This document shows, in pieces, positions 25,231-34,205 of a DNA stretch of 64,000 nucleotides. Both the position numbers and the translations under genes were made by a program. Source of the stretch: a virus (lineage: Duplodnaviria; Heunggongvirae; Uroviricota; Caudoviricetes); the IMG/VR virus record IMGVR_UViG_3300028854_000008, positions 63,374-127,373 of that record, one strand, 5' to 3'. The number at the start of each line of letters is the position of its first letter. The first letter of the stretch is position 1. The notes beneath the pieces were generated by a model, which worked only from the letters and a program-made list of their open reading frames with translations, was not told the DNA's origin and did not search any database.

Positions 25231-25527
25231 ATGTTTGTAGCATGTTATTTACCAGTTCTATCACCGAATCAAACCGAAGACCCATCACGAAAAGGGTTTA
25301 AAACTAAAAAAGATGCGTGGAAATATGTATTTTCTCAAATGTGCAACATGTGTAAAAATGTTCGGCAAAATGCATTGAATGGCGAAACTTCCAACTCCAA
25401 AGAAGATTGGGAAGATGGACTTGAACCTCCAAATTTGTATCCTGCTTGCACATGTGAGTGGGCAGTTTGCACAGAGCAAGAAATTGATTCAGTTGAACTT
25501 GAAAAATTATTGGTTATTGACATTTAA
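25231..25527 (+). CDS. hypothetical Cys-containing protein
   Basis: ORF track; GGAGAAATAA SD. Confidence 0.45.
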   Translation: MFVACYLPVLSPNQTEDPSRKGFKTKKDAWKYVFSQMCNMCKNVRQNALNGETSNSKEDWEDGLEPPNLYPACTCEWAVCTEQEIDSVELEKLLVIDI

Positions 25528-25562
25528 TATATTTTAAGTTATAATATATTTAGGTGAATAAT

Positions 25563-26645
25563 ATGAATGAAACTACTTGCTCTCTCGAAAATTACCTTAT
25601 TCTTCCTGATAATACAATGGATGAGAGAATCGCCAATGCTAAAAAACAGCTTGGCGATTCTCTCATTATTTTGGGTCATCACTATCAAAGGGATGAAGTC
25701 ATAAGATTTGCTGATGCAATTGGAGATAGCTACAAACTATCTAAAATTGCTGCCGAAACAAACGCAAAATATATTGTATTTTGCGGCGTTCATTTTATGG
25801 CAGAAAGTGCTGATATTTTAAGTAAACCTGAGCAGATAGTAATTTTGCCTGATTTAAATGCTGGTTGTTCCATGGCTGATATGGCGGATATTTCTCAAGT
25901 TGAACATTGCTGGGAAGTTCTTGAACAAATGGGAATAGCAAATCATATAATGCCTATTACATATATGAACAGTTCTGCGGCAATTAAAGCATTCTGCGGA
26001 GAGCATGAAGGATTGGTTTGTACTTCTTCCAATGCTGATAAAGCATTTGCATATGCTTTTGCACATGATAAAAAAATTCTGTTTATTCCTGATCAACATC
26101 TTGGAAGAAATACTGGATCAAAAATGGGAATTTCTTTGAATGAAATGACTATTTGGGACCCTTGGACAATTCAATATGGCAAGAATTTTCTATTCAAAAA
26201 AATTATTTTGTGGAAAGGCCATTGTTCAGTTCATCAGAGATTTCTTCCTTCTCACGTTGAAACAATTCGTGAGAAGTATCCCAACATGAAAATCATTGTT
26301 CATCCTGAATGTAGAATAGAAGTTTGCGAGAAAGCTGACGATATTGGCTCCACTGAAAAATTAATTTCTTTGATTGAATCTGCTCCTGATGGATCATCTT
26401 TTGCAATTGGAACTGAGATACATCTGGTAAATAGGTTAGCTAAAAAATTTCCAAATAAACATATTATTACGTTGGATGACTCTGGTTGTGGATGCCTTTG
26501 CACAACAATGTACAGAATCACTCCTCAGCATTTATGCTGGGTATTGGAAAATCTTGTTGATGGAAAAGTTGTCAATCATATCAAAGTTAAAGACAGCGTT
26601 AAACATTGGGCAAACATTGCTCTAAATAGAATGTTGGAGGTTTAA
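25563..26645 (+). CDS. nadA: quinolinate synthase A
   Basis: Conserved NadA blocks LGHHYQRDEV, IVFCGVHFMAE, LNAGCSMADMA, HPEC, C-terminal Cys triad; full length. Confidence 0.85.
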   Translation: MNETTCSLENYLILPDNTMDERIANAKKQLGDSLIILGHHYQRDEVIRFADAIGDSYKLSKIAAETNAKYIVFCGVHFMAESADILSKPEQIVILPDLNAGCSMADMADISQVEHCWEVLEQMGIANHIMPITYMNSSAAIKAFCGEHEGLVCTSSNADKAFAYAFAHDKKILFIPDQHLGRNTGSKMGISLNEMTIWDPWTIQYGKNFLFKKIILWKGHCSVHQRFLPSHVETIREKYPNMKIIVHPECRIEVCEKADDIGSTEKLISLIESAPDGSSFAIGTEIHLVNRLAKKFPNKHIITLDDSGCGCLCTTMYRITPQHLCWVLENLVDGKVVNHIKVKDSVKHWANIALNRMLEV

Positions 26646-27317
26646 ATGAGTTATTTATATGACAATTGGTTGAATATTCAGTATTCATATAGCTCCTCTT
26701 CTTGGTTTATTTTAAATCAAGCATACTCTGAGCGGCATCGCGCATATCACACTTGGGATCATATCGAAACCATGTTGCGAAGATTAGATGAATTACAACA
26801 TTTAGCTACTGCCCCAAACATAATTAGAAGCGCAATTTTTTGGCATGATTCAGTTTATAACACTGGATCAGTTATTGAAACCAAAAGTGAAAAACACTAT
26901 AATCTCATTCCTGATTCTGTCAATGTAATTCAGAGCGCTGAACTTTTTATGAATCATGAAAAGGCAAAACTTTCTTATTATAAAAATGCTGTCCTTTCCA
27001 TGATTTTGGGAACAGTAGATCACATTCATGCAAGCCCAACGTTTGAATATTATCCTGGATTTTCTAACGACTATAAACTTTTTCTTGATCTTGATCTGAG
27101 TGGTTTTGCTGATTCATACGATAAATTTATGGAAAATGGAAATAATATTCGCAAGGAATTTTCATTCGTATCTGATGAAGATTTTATTGTTGCACGAAAA
27201 CAAATTTATATGAAGTTTTTACATGCTTTTCCGTTATACAAGCTACCAGAAACGAATGAACTTTGGGGCAAAAAAGCATATGATAATTTACTTAAAGGAT
27301 ATAAGGATATAAAATGA
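26646..27317 (+). CDS. HD-domain-like metal-dependent phosphohydrolase (putative)
   Basis: H..WDH ... FWHDSVY motif arrangement; adjacent/overlapping NadA stop. Confidence 0.45.
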   Translation: MSYLYDNWLNIQYSYSSSSWFILNQAYSERHRAYHTWDHIETMLRRLDELQHLATAPNIIRSAIFWHDSVYNTGSVIETKSEKHYNLIPDSVNVIQSAELFMNHEKAKLSYYKNAVLSMILGTVDHIHASPTFEYYPGFSNDYKLFLDLDLSGFADSYDKFMENGNNIRKEFSFVSDEDFIVARKQIYMKFLHAFPLYKLPETNELWGKKAYDNLLKGYKDIK

Positions 27318-27478
27318 CAACTGTTACTTGTGATACAGGAATTGGAGCAGGAACAAAAAATCAATTTATCTGAATCAATTAATATTGATTGTGAAGACGA
27401 TCCCACAGTATATAGTGATTATATTTCTTTAAAAATTGTATCTCAAAATTATTTTAATATAAAAACTGGTGAAAAAGA

Positions 27479-27865
27479 TTGATTAAAAAATTTAAGCATA
27501 TTAGACAGCCAAAAGATTCATTGTTGTGTGGTCAAGCATGTTTAGCAATGATTACAAAACAGTCATTGGAAGAAAGTATTAAACATATTGGTCATTCACA
27601 TGGAACTATAACAAAGGAATTAGTTAAAGTTCTTAAAAAATTCAAATATAAAACTCCCAAAAAACTACTTAGATTATCATATATTCCAAAATATGCAATT
27701 GCCAAAATCCCTCATAAAAATATTAAAGGATATCCAAAAAACGCTCGTGGATGGCACTGGGTAGTTTATTGGAATGGAAAACGTTATGATCCAGATTGGA
27801 ATTCTCCTTCATTTTGCTATAATGTAAAAGCATCATCTTTTTTACCAATTTTAAATTTGAAATAA
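27479..27865 (+). CDS. peptidase C39-like (papain-fold Cys peptidase) domain protein
   Basis: Q-x5-CGQACLAMI catalytic Cys motif and downstream HWVVYWNG..YDPD His/Asp. Confidence 0.55.
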   Translation: MIKKFKHIRQPKDSLLCGQACLAMITKQSLEESIKHIGHSHGTITKELVKVLKKFKYKTPKKLLRLSYIPKYAIAKIPHKNIKGYPKNARGWHWVVYWNGKRYDPDWNSPSFCYNVKASSFLPILNLK

Positions 27866-27904
27866 ATACAATATGAACTTAATTAAATTTCCAATTGATT
27901 AAAA

Positions 27905-28690
27905 ATGAAATATTCAGAAATTAAAAACGGAGATAAAAGAAGCAAATATGTTGATCAGAATGATTATTCTTCTGCTCAAATATTTGCTGCTATGAAGGAA
28001 AATGCTTCAGAAGCTATCGCTGCTTTTAGCACTGGTCATGCAATATTTAAAGGACTGTTTTCAAATAAAAATACTCTTTCGGATATAATGCTATCTGATC
28101 CGAAATTGATAGAAAGAAAAAGCCAAAATACATCAAATCATTATACGGTGTTATTAGACAATTTGCCAAGTTGGAGAAATTTTCCAAAGAGAAGTAGAAG
28201 TTTGATTTGCGCAACTAAAAAATATATTGCATCCGGATTTGGAGACGTATTTTTGGTGTTGCCATTCGATGGAGCAAAAATAGCAGTGTGCCCCGCAGCA
28301 GACATTTGGGCAATTAAATTTGAAAAATTAGGAACTAGTCTAGAAATTTTTAACAATATCATGAGTAAATATCATATATCAGATTATGATTATGAATCTG
28401 TAATTACTACAATATTAATGAACAGAAAAGATATATTATCTAGTACTTCAGCAGAAGATACCTTAGAACCAACCTTTTTGGCTGGGTTAGCTGCATGTAA
28501 AAATAGAAATGATTTAATTTCTTTGTTGAATGATGCGTTGAATCCTATTCCTAATGATTTTGAATTGACTGATATTTTCAACACTCCAGTAGATGAAAAT
28601 AAAGAAGTATGGACTGATAGCAAATCATATCTTGTTGATATTGATTCTAGTTTTTATCAATTAATTCTCGAACATTGTATGTTGATATAA
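27905..28690 (+). CDS. hypothetical protein
   Basis: ORF track. Confidence 0.5.
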   Translation: MKYSEIKNGDKRSKYVDQNDYSSAQIFAAMKENASEAIAAFSTGHAIFKGLFSNKNTLSDIMLSDPKLIERKSQNTSNHYTVLLDNLPSWRNFPKRSRSLICATKKYIASGFGDVFLVLPFDGAKIAVCPAADIWAIKFEKLGTSLEIFNNIMSKYHISDYDYESVITTILMNRKDILSSTSAEDTLEPTFLAGLAACKNRNDLISLLNDALNPIPNDFELTDIFNTPVDENKEVWTDSKSYLVDIDSSFYQLILEHCMLI

Positions 28691-28729
28691 TTTTCTTGAC
28701 ATTTATATCAAGATTTGCTATTATATACT

Positions 28730-28990
28730 TAATGCTTCAAACAAATATAATGTGACCAGCAGGTGAAATTGGTGAGGATGGCAACCAGTATTTTTCTAGA
28801 TTATTCTCCAATTTCAAAAATTTCATTGTGGTGGAATAGACATGCTTGCAGATAATAATTGCCTCTTAATATGGTTAGAAGGATAAAGCAAGCGAAAGTA
28901 GACGCAAGGGTTTGGCACCACGAATCGTTTGGTCAATGGCAAACGGGCCCAAAAATTCCAGAGTGAAACGGTGGAAATCTCTGGCAATGA
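28730..28990 (+). ncRNA. candidate non-coding RNA between two consensus promoters (28693-28721 and 28993-29022)
   Basis: ~260 nt GC-richer segment without ORF downstream of TTGACA-N17-TATATACT promoter. Confidence 0.3.
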
Positions 28991-29072
28991 AATATCTTCT
29001 TTATTTTCAATAACTTAAAAATCATTGACATTTATATTCAGATTTGCTATACTGGATTTGTGATGGTTATCT

Positions 29073-29345
29073 ATGCATGATTTTACTGAAAGACTCAATG
29101 AATTGGCAACAATAGTAGTGGCTCGGAATAGCCCTACTATAACCGAAAAACGATGTAAGAGAATATTTAAAATATTTCCAGTTCCATTGAAAAAGTTGTC
29201 AAATAATTATTTTGAAGGCTATCACAATTCCCATTGGTTTTCTACTGTATATATTTTTCAAGAAAAATTTTCAACTGGTAGAGGCTGGTACACAATGGCA
29301 GTTTTGGACAAAGATAGAGCAATTGAATATTTGCTGGAACGATAG
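29073..29345 (+). CDS. hypothetical protein
   Basis: ORF track. Confidence 0.45.
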   Translation: MHDFTERLNELATIVVARNSPTITEKRCKRIFKIFPVPLKKLSNNYFEGYHNSHWFSTVYIFQEKFSTGRGWYTMAVLDKDRAIEYLLER

Positions 29346-29354
29346 GAGAAACCA

Positions 29355-29975
29355 ATGAAGCAAGATTTTGAAAAGATCAGAATTGCGATACGACATTGGC
29401 AACTTGGTCGTAATTATTTTACTGCTGTTCGTGCAATGAATTTTGCTCAAAGCAAACATGTTGGATTGCGTAAAGATAAGATCACGCCAGAATTTCAACA
29501 TCAAGTATCTCAGACAAACTTTGCCAGAACTTTGATCAATTCATATATGTTTCCAGAAGAAACTCTAGCAACAATCTGGCTGCACGATGTAGTGGAAGAT
29601 TGCGGCGTTACTATTTCAGAAATAGAAAAAATGTTTGGGGCGCGTATTGCTTTCAGCGTTGAATTAATGACCAATCAAGTTTCTGGAGTAAAGAAACCAT
29701 TAGATAAATATTATTCTGCGATGATTGCTGATCCTATTGCAAGTTTAGCGAAGGGAATTGATCGTATGCACAATCACCAATCAATGAATGGAGTTTTCAG
29801 TATTACAAAACAAAAGTCATACATTGAAGAATCTGAAACTTACATTTTTCCTATGCTCAAAGCTGCTCGTAAGACTTTTCCAGAACAGGAAAGTGCATAT
29901 CAAAACATTCGTCATATCCTGCAAATTCAAATTGAACTTGTAAGAGCAATGATTGAAAACTCAGAAAGGGCATAA
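29355..29975 (+). CDS. small alarmone hydrolase, HD-domain (p)ppGpp hydrolase, SpoT/Mesh1-like
   Basis: HD motif WLHDVVEDCGVT..FG..IA..V..T as in RelA/SpoT hydrolase domain; ~200 aa. Confidence 0.7.
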   Translation: MKQDFEKIRIAIRHWQLGRNYFTAVRAMNFAQSKHVGLRKDKITPEFQHQVSQTNFARTLINSYMFPEETLATIWLHDVVEDCGVTISEIEKMFGARIAFSVELMTNQVSGVKKPLDKYYSAMIADPIASLAKGIDRMHNHQSMNGVFSITKQKSYIEESETYIFPMLKAARKTFPEQESAYQNIRHILQIQIELVRAMIENSERA

Positions 29976-30304
29976 TGAAAAATTTAGGTAAATTCGCATT
30001 TCCATATTTCGGAGACTTTTTTCTTCTATTGAAATTTGGATCAGTAGTAGCTATATCGTGGTGGTGGCTAGTCCCGTTATTTATTCTAGATCAAATTATG
30101 GGATCGATTATTATCAAACAAACAGAATCATATTTTAGACTTGCATTTCCATTTTTCTCTGTAATATTTTTGGTGTTGAATTTAACTGCAACTATTTCTG
30201 TGCCGTATTGGTGGCTTATTTGGTTTTTTGCTACTGATTTAACGAGTGTTGGCATTGGGTATATAACTAAAAAAAATAAGAAAGATGCATTGAAAACTGC
30301 ATGA
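29975..30304 (+). CDS. small membrane protein
   Basis: multiple hydrophobic helices. Confidence 0.45.
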   Translation: MKNLGKFAFPYFGDFFLLLKFGSVVAISWWWLVPLFILDQIMGSIIIKQTESYFRLAFPFFSVIFLVLNLTATISVPYWWLIWFFATDLTSVGIGYITKKNKKDALKTA

Positions 30305-30558
30305 CTAGCACTCCACAACAAAGACTTGAAAAATCCAAAAAGTTGCTTTCGATATTAATCGGAGACAATAAAGAATACCTGTTCAGACGAAGACCAAGAA
30401 CTCTTCCTTCTGGCATGAATTTTACTAACCATGAATGGCTTGCTATTAATATGGCTCGTACAGCTACAAACAATATATCAATTAAAACCATATTTGACTT
30501 AGAAGAAATGGTCGAAAAATATAAAAATCCTTTACTTATGGTAAAGTTGGAGAGTTAA
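30301..30558 (+). CDS. hypothetical protein
   Basis: ORF track. Confidence 0.4.
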   Translation: MTSTPQQRLEKSKKLLSILIGDNKEYLFRRRPRTLPSGMNFTNHEWLAINMARTATNNISIKTIFDLEEMVEKYKNPLLMVKLES

Positions 30559-30700
30559 ATTGGGCAATTTTTTCTATTTTTTATTTATCGTTACTTTTAT
30601 GACTTGGGAATTAATCAAAGAATGTATTTGCCATCCCATCAAAACATTATATACATTAATAGTTCATGGCTTTGGAAAATTAAATTAAAGGAGAATTAAA

Positions 30701-31039
30701 TTGAAAATTAGAGATGGTTTTGTATCAAATTCAAGTTCAACAAGTTTTTCGATTTATGGTATTAACATCGACGGATCAAAATTGCGCAGTCTATTATGCG
30801 GTGGACCAGAAGAAGATTTTCCAGATGACGATGGAATTTATGAACTTCTTGAAAATTTAGAAGGATTAAATACCTATCATGATTATGAAAGCGGCGGCGC
30901 ATATATTGGTCTTCCTTGGGATTCAATTAAAGATAATGAAACTGGAAAAGAATTCAAAAATAGAGTTCATGATCTTATAAGAGAACAACTGCACGAAGAT
31001 TTGACTTGTAGCACAATCAGCGAAACAATTAGCTCATAA
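30701..31039 (+). CDS. small protein with conserved N-terminus KIRxGFVSNSSS(T/S)SF (paralog 1 of 3)
   Basis: TTG start after AAAGGAGAA SD; full-length homolog of 32160 ORF (YIGLPWDSIKDNETGKEFKNRVHDLI). Confidence 0.6.
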   Translation: MKIRDGFVSNSSSTSFSIYGINIDGSKLRSLLCGGPEEDFPDDDGIYELLENLEGLNTYHDYESGGAYIGLPWDSIKDNETGKEFKNRVHDLIREQLHEDLTCSTISETISS

Positions 31040-31049
31040 AGGAAGAATA

Positions 31050-32159
31050 ATGAATCGCATTAAAAAAATTTCGTTTCCCGATTACAATCGCATTTTTGAC
31101 CGCAAAACTGGTTTAACAATTGAATATGGAAAAACCATTGATGAAGACCCACCAATGTCTCCTGATGGCCCATCTATTGCTGATATTGAAATTTCTACTA
31201 TTTGTAATGGATTTTCTCCTGATGGTGATATTACAAAAAGCAAACCTTGTGCTTGGTGTTATAAAACAAACACAGCAAAAGGCACAAATATGTCATTGAA
31301 TGAATTCAAACATATTTTGAAATTACTTGGGAATGTAGACCAAGTAGCATTGGGGTTAGGTGATATTGAAAGTAACCCAGATATATGGAATATGTTATCC
31401 TATAGTCGTTCATTGGGAATAATTCCGAATTTGACAGTTAATGGTATGGGAATTACTCCAGAAATTGCAGATAAGTTAGCAAAGTTTTGTGGGGCTGTGG
31501 CGTGTTCTCATTATTCTGACAAAATTTGTTTTAATACTGTAAAAGCACTAACTGATGCTGGGTTAACTCAGGTGAATATTCACGCCCTTCTATCCAAAGA
31601 GACACTATCAAAATGTTTTGATTTGATTGATAAAGTATTCGAGTCAAAAAATGGTGGGGAAGATAAAAGTCTCTCTGGATTAAAAGCAATTGTTTTTCTA
31701 TTGCTCAAACCGAAAGGAGCTAGAAATAAATTTCATCCAGTGGAAAAATTAGAAGATTATAAAAAATTAATGGATTATGCCAGAGAGAAAAATGTTGCAA
31801 TTGGAATGGATTCATGCTCTGCTCCAATGGCGTTGAAAACATTGCCATCTGAGTGCATTCCCTCCATTATTTGTTGTGAGTCAACATACACTTCAATTTA
31901 TATTGACGTGAATTCTGAAGTATTTCCGTGTAGTTTTGCTGCTGGAACCCCAGGTTGGGAAACTGGTATCGATATGAAAAATATCAATAATTTTTTAAAT
32001 GATGTATGGTTTCATACCAAAATGATAAAATGGAGAGATGGATTAATAAAATCATCCAGTGATTGCTCAAATTGTTCAACTCAAAAACATTGCAGAAGTT
32101 GCCAGATTTATGATGTGACTATTTGCAAAACAAAATTAGTTAATTTGGAGGTATTATAA
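31050..32159 (+). CDS. radical SAM / SPASM-domain enzyme with noncanonical Cx14CxxC cluster motif
   Basis: IEISTICNGFSPDGDITKSKPCAWCY, GLGDIESNP (GGE-like), NLTVNGMG, C-terminal 7-Cys SPASM-like cluster CCES..PCSF..DCSNCS..HCRSCQ. Confidence 0.6.
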   Translation: MNRIKKISFPDYNRIFDRKTGLTIEYGKTIDEDPPMSPDGPSIADIEISTICNGFSPDGDITKSKPCAWCYKTNTAKGTNMSLNEFKHILKLLGNVDQVALGLGDIESNPDIWNMLSYSRSLGIIPNLTVNGMGITPEIADKLAKFCGAVACSHYSDKICFNTVKALTDAGLTQVNIHALLSKETLSKCFDLIDKVFESKNGGEDKSLSGLKAIVFLLLKPKGARNKFHPVEKLEDYKKLMDYAREKNVAIGMDSCSAPMALKTLPSECIPSIICCESTYTSIYIDVNSEVFPCSFAAGTPGWETGIDMKNINNFLNDVWFHTKMIKWRDGLIKSSSDCSNCSTQKHCRSCQIYDVTICKTKLVNLEVL

Positions 32160-32462
32160 ATGAAAATTCGGAGCAGCTTCGTAAGCAATTCAAGTTCATC
32201 GAGTTTTTTAATCTATGGAACTTTTATTGAAGATTATAAATTTGATGAGTTAAATGTAAAAGAGAGTGATCTGAAAAAATCCGGTCTTGAAGTAATTTCG
32301 ACTCCTGGGGACGATGATAAATATATTGGGCTATCGTGGGATGCCACAGAAGATAACGAAACGAGGTTGGAATTTAAAGATAGAGTTAAAAATCTTATTA
32401 TATCTTCTTTAGGAAAAGATATGCCATTGGCTACTTACAGCGAAGCGTGGTACGATGGTTAA
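32160..32462 (+). CDS. small protein with conserved N-terminus MKIRSSFVSNSSSSSF (paralog 2)
   Basis: ATG 1 nt after rSAM stop; homolog of 30701 ORF. Confidence 0.6.
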   Translation: MKIRSSFVSNSSSSSFLIYGTFIEDYKFDELNVKESDLKKSGLEVISTPGDDDKYIGLSWDATEDNETRLEFKDRVKNLIISSLGKDMPLATYSEAWYDG

Positions 32463-32473
32463 AGGAGATAATT

Positions 32474-32761
32474 ATGGCAAAAATACGCAAAGGCTTTGTA
32501 AGCAACAGTAGTTCAAGTTCATTCATTATAAAAACACAAAATTTAACTTGTGAGCAAGCAAATATGATTTTAAATCATATGGATTATGCAGAAGAACTGG
32601 GACTCAAAGATGAATATGTTAATGACTATGATGAATGGCACATCTCTTTTATAGGAGAGTCTATTACAGGATATACGTCTATGGATAATTTTAATATGCA
32701 CGAATTTTTAATTAAAATTGGAGTATCTCCAAACAATATTGAAATGGAGTATAATGGCTAA
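32474..32761 (+). CDS. small protein with conserved N-terminus MAKIRKGFVSNSSSSSF (paralog 3, divergent C-terminus)
   Basis: ATG after AAAGGAGATAATT SD; shares only N-terminal ~18 aa with paralogs. Confidence 0.55.
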   Translation: MAKIRKGFVSNSSSSSFIIKTQNLTCEQANMILNHMDYAEELGLKDEYVNDYDEWHISFIGESITGYTSMDNFNMHEFLIKIGVSPNNIEMEYNG

Positions 32762-33818
32762 AATTATTAATGATTTAAAACTTAACTTTGATGATGTATT
32801 AATTGTGCCGAAATCAAGTTCTTTAGATTCTAGAAAAGACGTAAATTTAAATGTAAATTTTAAATTTCCTCATTCCAAAGCAACTTGGAGTGGAATTCCC
32901 ATAATTGCTTCAAATATGACGACTGTTGCAAGTTTTGAAATGGCAAATGCTTTGGCAAAGCATAATATTATGACAGCAATTCACAAGTATTATTCTATTG
33001 AAGAGCTTAAAAACTTTTTTAATACTAAAATTGCTTGTGACTACGCTTGGTATACATTGGGAACCAGCAAAGATGAGTGGGAAAAACTTAAAAAAGTAAA
33101 TACAAATAAGCTAAGTATAGACAAAATTTGTATCGATGTTGCAAATGGATATCGAGATTCATTTGTTGATGCTGTTAAAAAACTTCGTGATGAATATCCA
33201 TTTGTAACTATTATGGCAGGAAATGTTGTTACTCCTGAGCAGACTGCTGTACTAATTAATGCAGGAGCAGACATTATTAAAGTAGGGATTGGCGGGGGAT
33301 CAGGCTGTCTTTCAAGAGTCAAAACAGGAATTGGTTACGGGCAAATTAGCGCAATTTTAGAATGTTCAGAAGCTGCGTATGAACTGGATGCATTTATTTG
33401 TAGTGATGGTGGATGCAGAAATCCCGGAGATGTTTGCAAAGCATTTGGGGCAATGTATGGTAAAAATTTTGTAATGCTTGGTTCAATGCTTGCTGGTCAT
33501 GATGAAACTCAAGCAAAAAAATTTATCAAAGATGGCAAGGAATTTGTAGAATTTTACGGTATGAGCAGCGAAAAAGCAATGAGAGAACACAATAATGGAA
33601 TGGCAGAATATCGAACAAGCGAAGGACGGCATATTTTACTTCCTGCTCGTGGCCCAGTAGAAAATACCATTTTGGACTGTCTCGGTGGAATTCGCAGTTG
33701 TTGCACGTATACAAACACAAAAAATTTGTCTCATCTATCTGAAAACACTACTTTTATACGAGTGAATGAGACTCACAATAAAATCTATGAAAAACTTGAC
33801 TTGAACAATCAAATATGA
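32754..33818 (+). CDS. guaC: GMP reductase
   Basis: Near-collinear with GuaC: DVLIVPKSS, IPIIASNMTTV, GNVVT, GIGGGSGCLSRVKTGIGYGQ, SDGGCRNPGDVCKAFG, GSMLAGHDE, GMSSEKAM, RGPVENT; no CBS insert. Confidence 0.85.
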   Translation: MAKIINDLKLNFDDVLIVPKSSSLDSRKDVNLNVNFKFPHSKATWSGIPIIASNMTTVASFEMANALAKHNIMTAIHKYYSIEELKNFFNTKIACDYAWYTLGTSKDEWEKLKKVNTNKLSIDKICIDVANGYRDSFVDAVKKLRDEYPFVTIMAGNVVTPEQTAVLINAGADIIKVGIGGGSGCLSRVKTGIGYGQISAILECSEAAYELDAFICSDGGCRNPGDVCKAFGAMYGKNFVMLGSMLAGHDETQAKKFIKDGKEFVEFYGMSSEKAMREHNNGMAEYRTSEGRHILLPARGPVENTILDCLGGIRSCCTYTNTKNLSHLSENTTFIRVNETHNKIYEKLDLNNQI

Positions 33819-33844
33819 TATAATTAATACAGATTGGAGCAAAA

Positions 33845-34123
33845 ATGATTGAAAAAGCAGTCAGTCTGCACAATGATATTGGCAACCACGATAAAGTTTA
33901 TTACATTCAAATCGTGTCGGCTGAAAATAATAAGTTTACTGTATGTTTTCAATATGGCAGACGCGGAAAGCATTTGACATATGGCACAAAAACTGACATC
34001 CCAGTATCTCTTTGGGAAGCTGAACGACTTTTTAGTGACAAATTAAATCATGAACTGAAAAAGGGATATCACGTTATTCCAAATCCTGTCGATCTGCTGA
34101 CAATTATTGGATTTTCATACTAA
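33845..34123 (+). CDS. WGR-domain protein
   Basis: KVYYIQIV...FTVCFQYGRRGKHLTYGTK...AERLFSDKLNHELKKGY matches WGR domain pattern. Confidence 0.6.
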   Translation: MIEKAVSLHNDIGNHDKVYYIQIVSAENNKFTVCFQYGRRGKHLTYGTKTDIPVSLWEAERLFSDKLNHELKKGYHVIPNPVDLLTIIGFSY

Positions 34124-34205
34124 AATATGTTGAAAATCCAATTAGAACTTTAAAAATTACGTTACAAAATATTTCCTTAACCAAAATAAAGATGAGGACA
34201 ACTGA

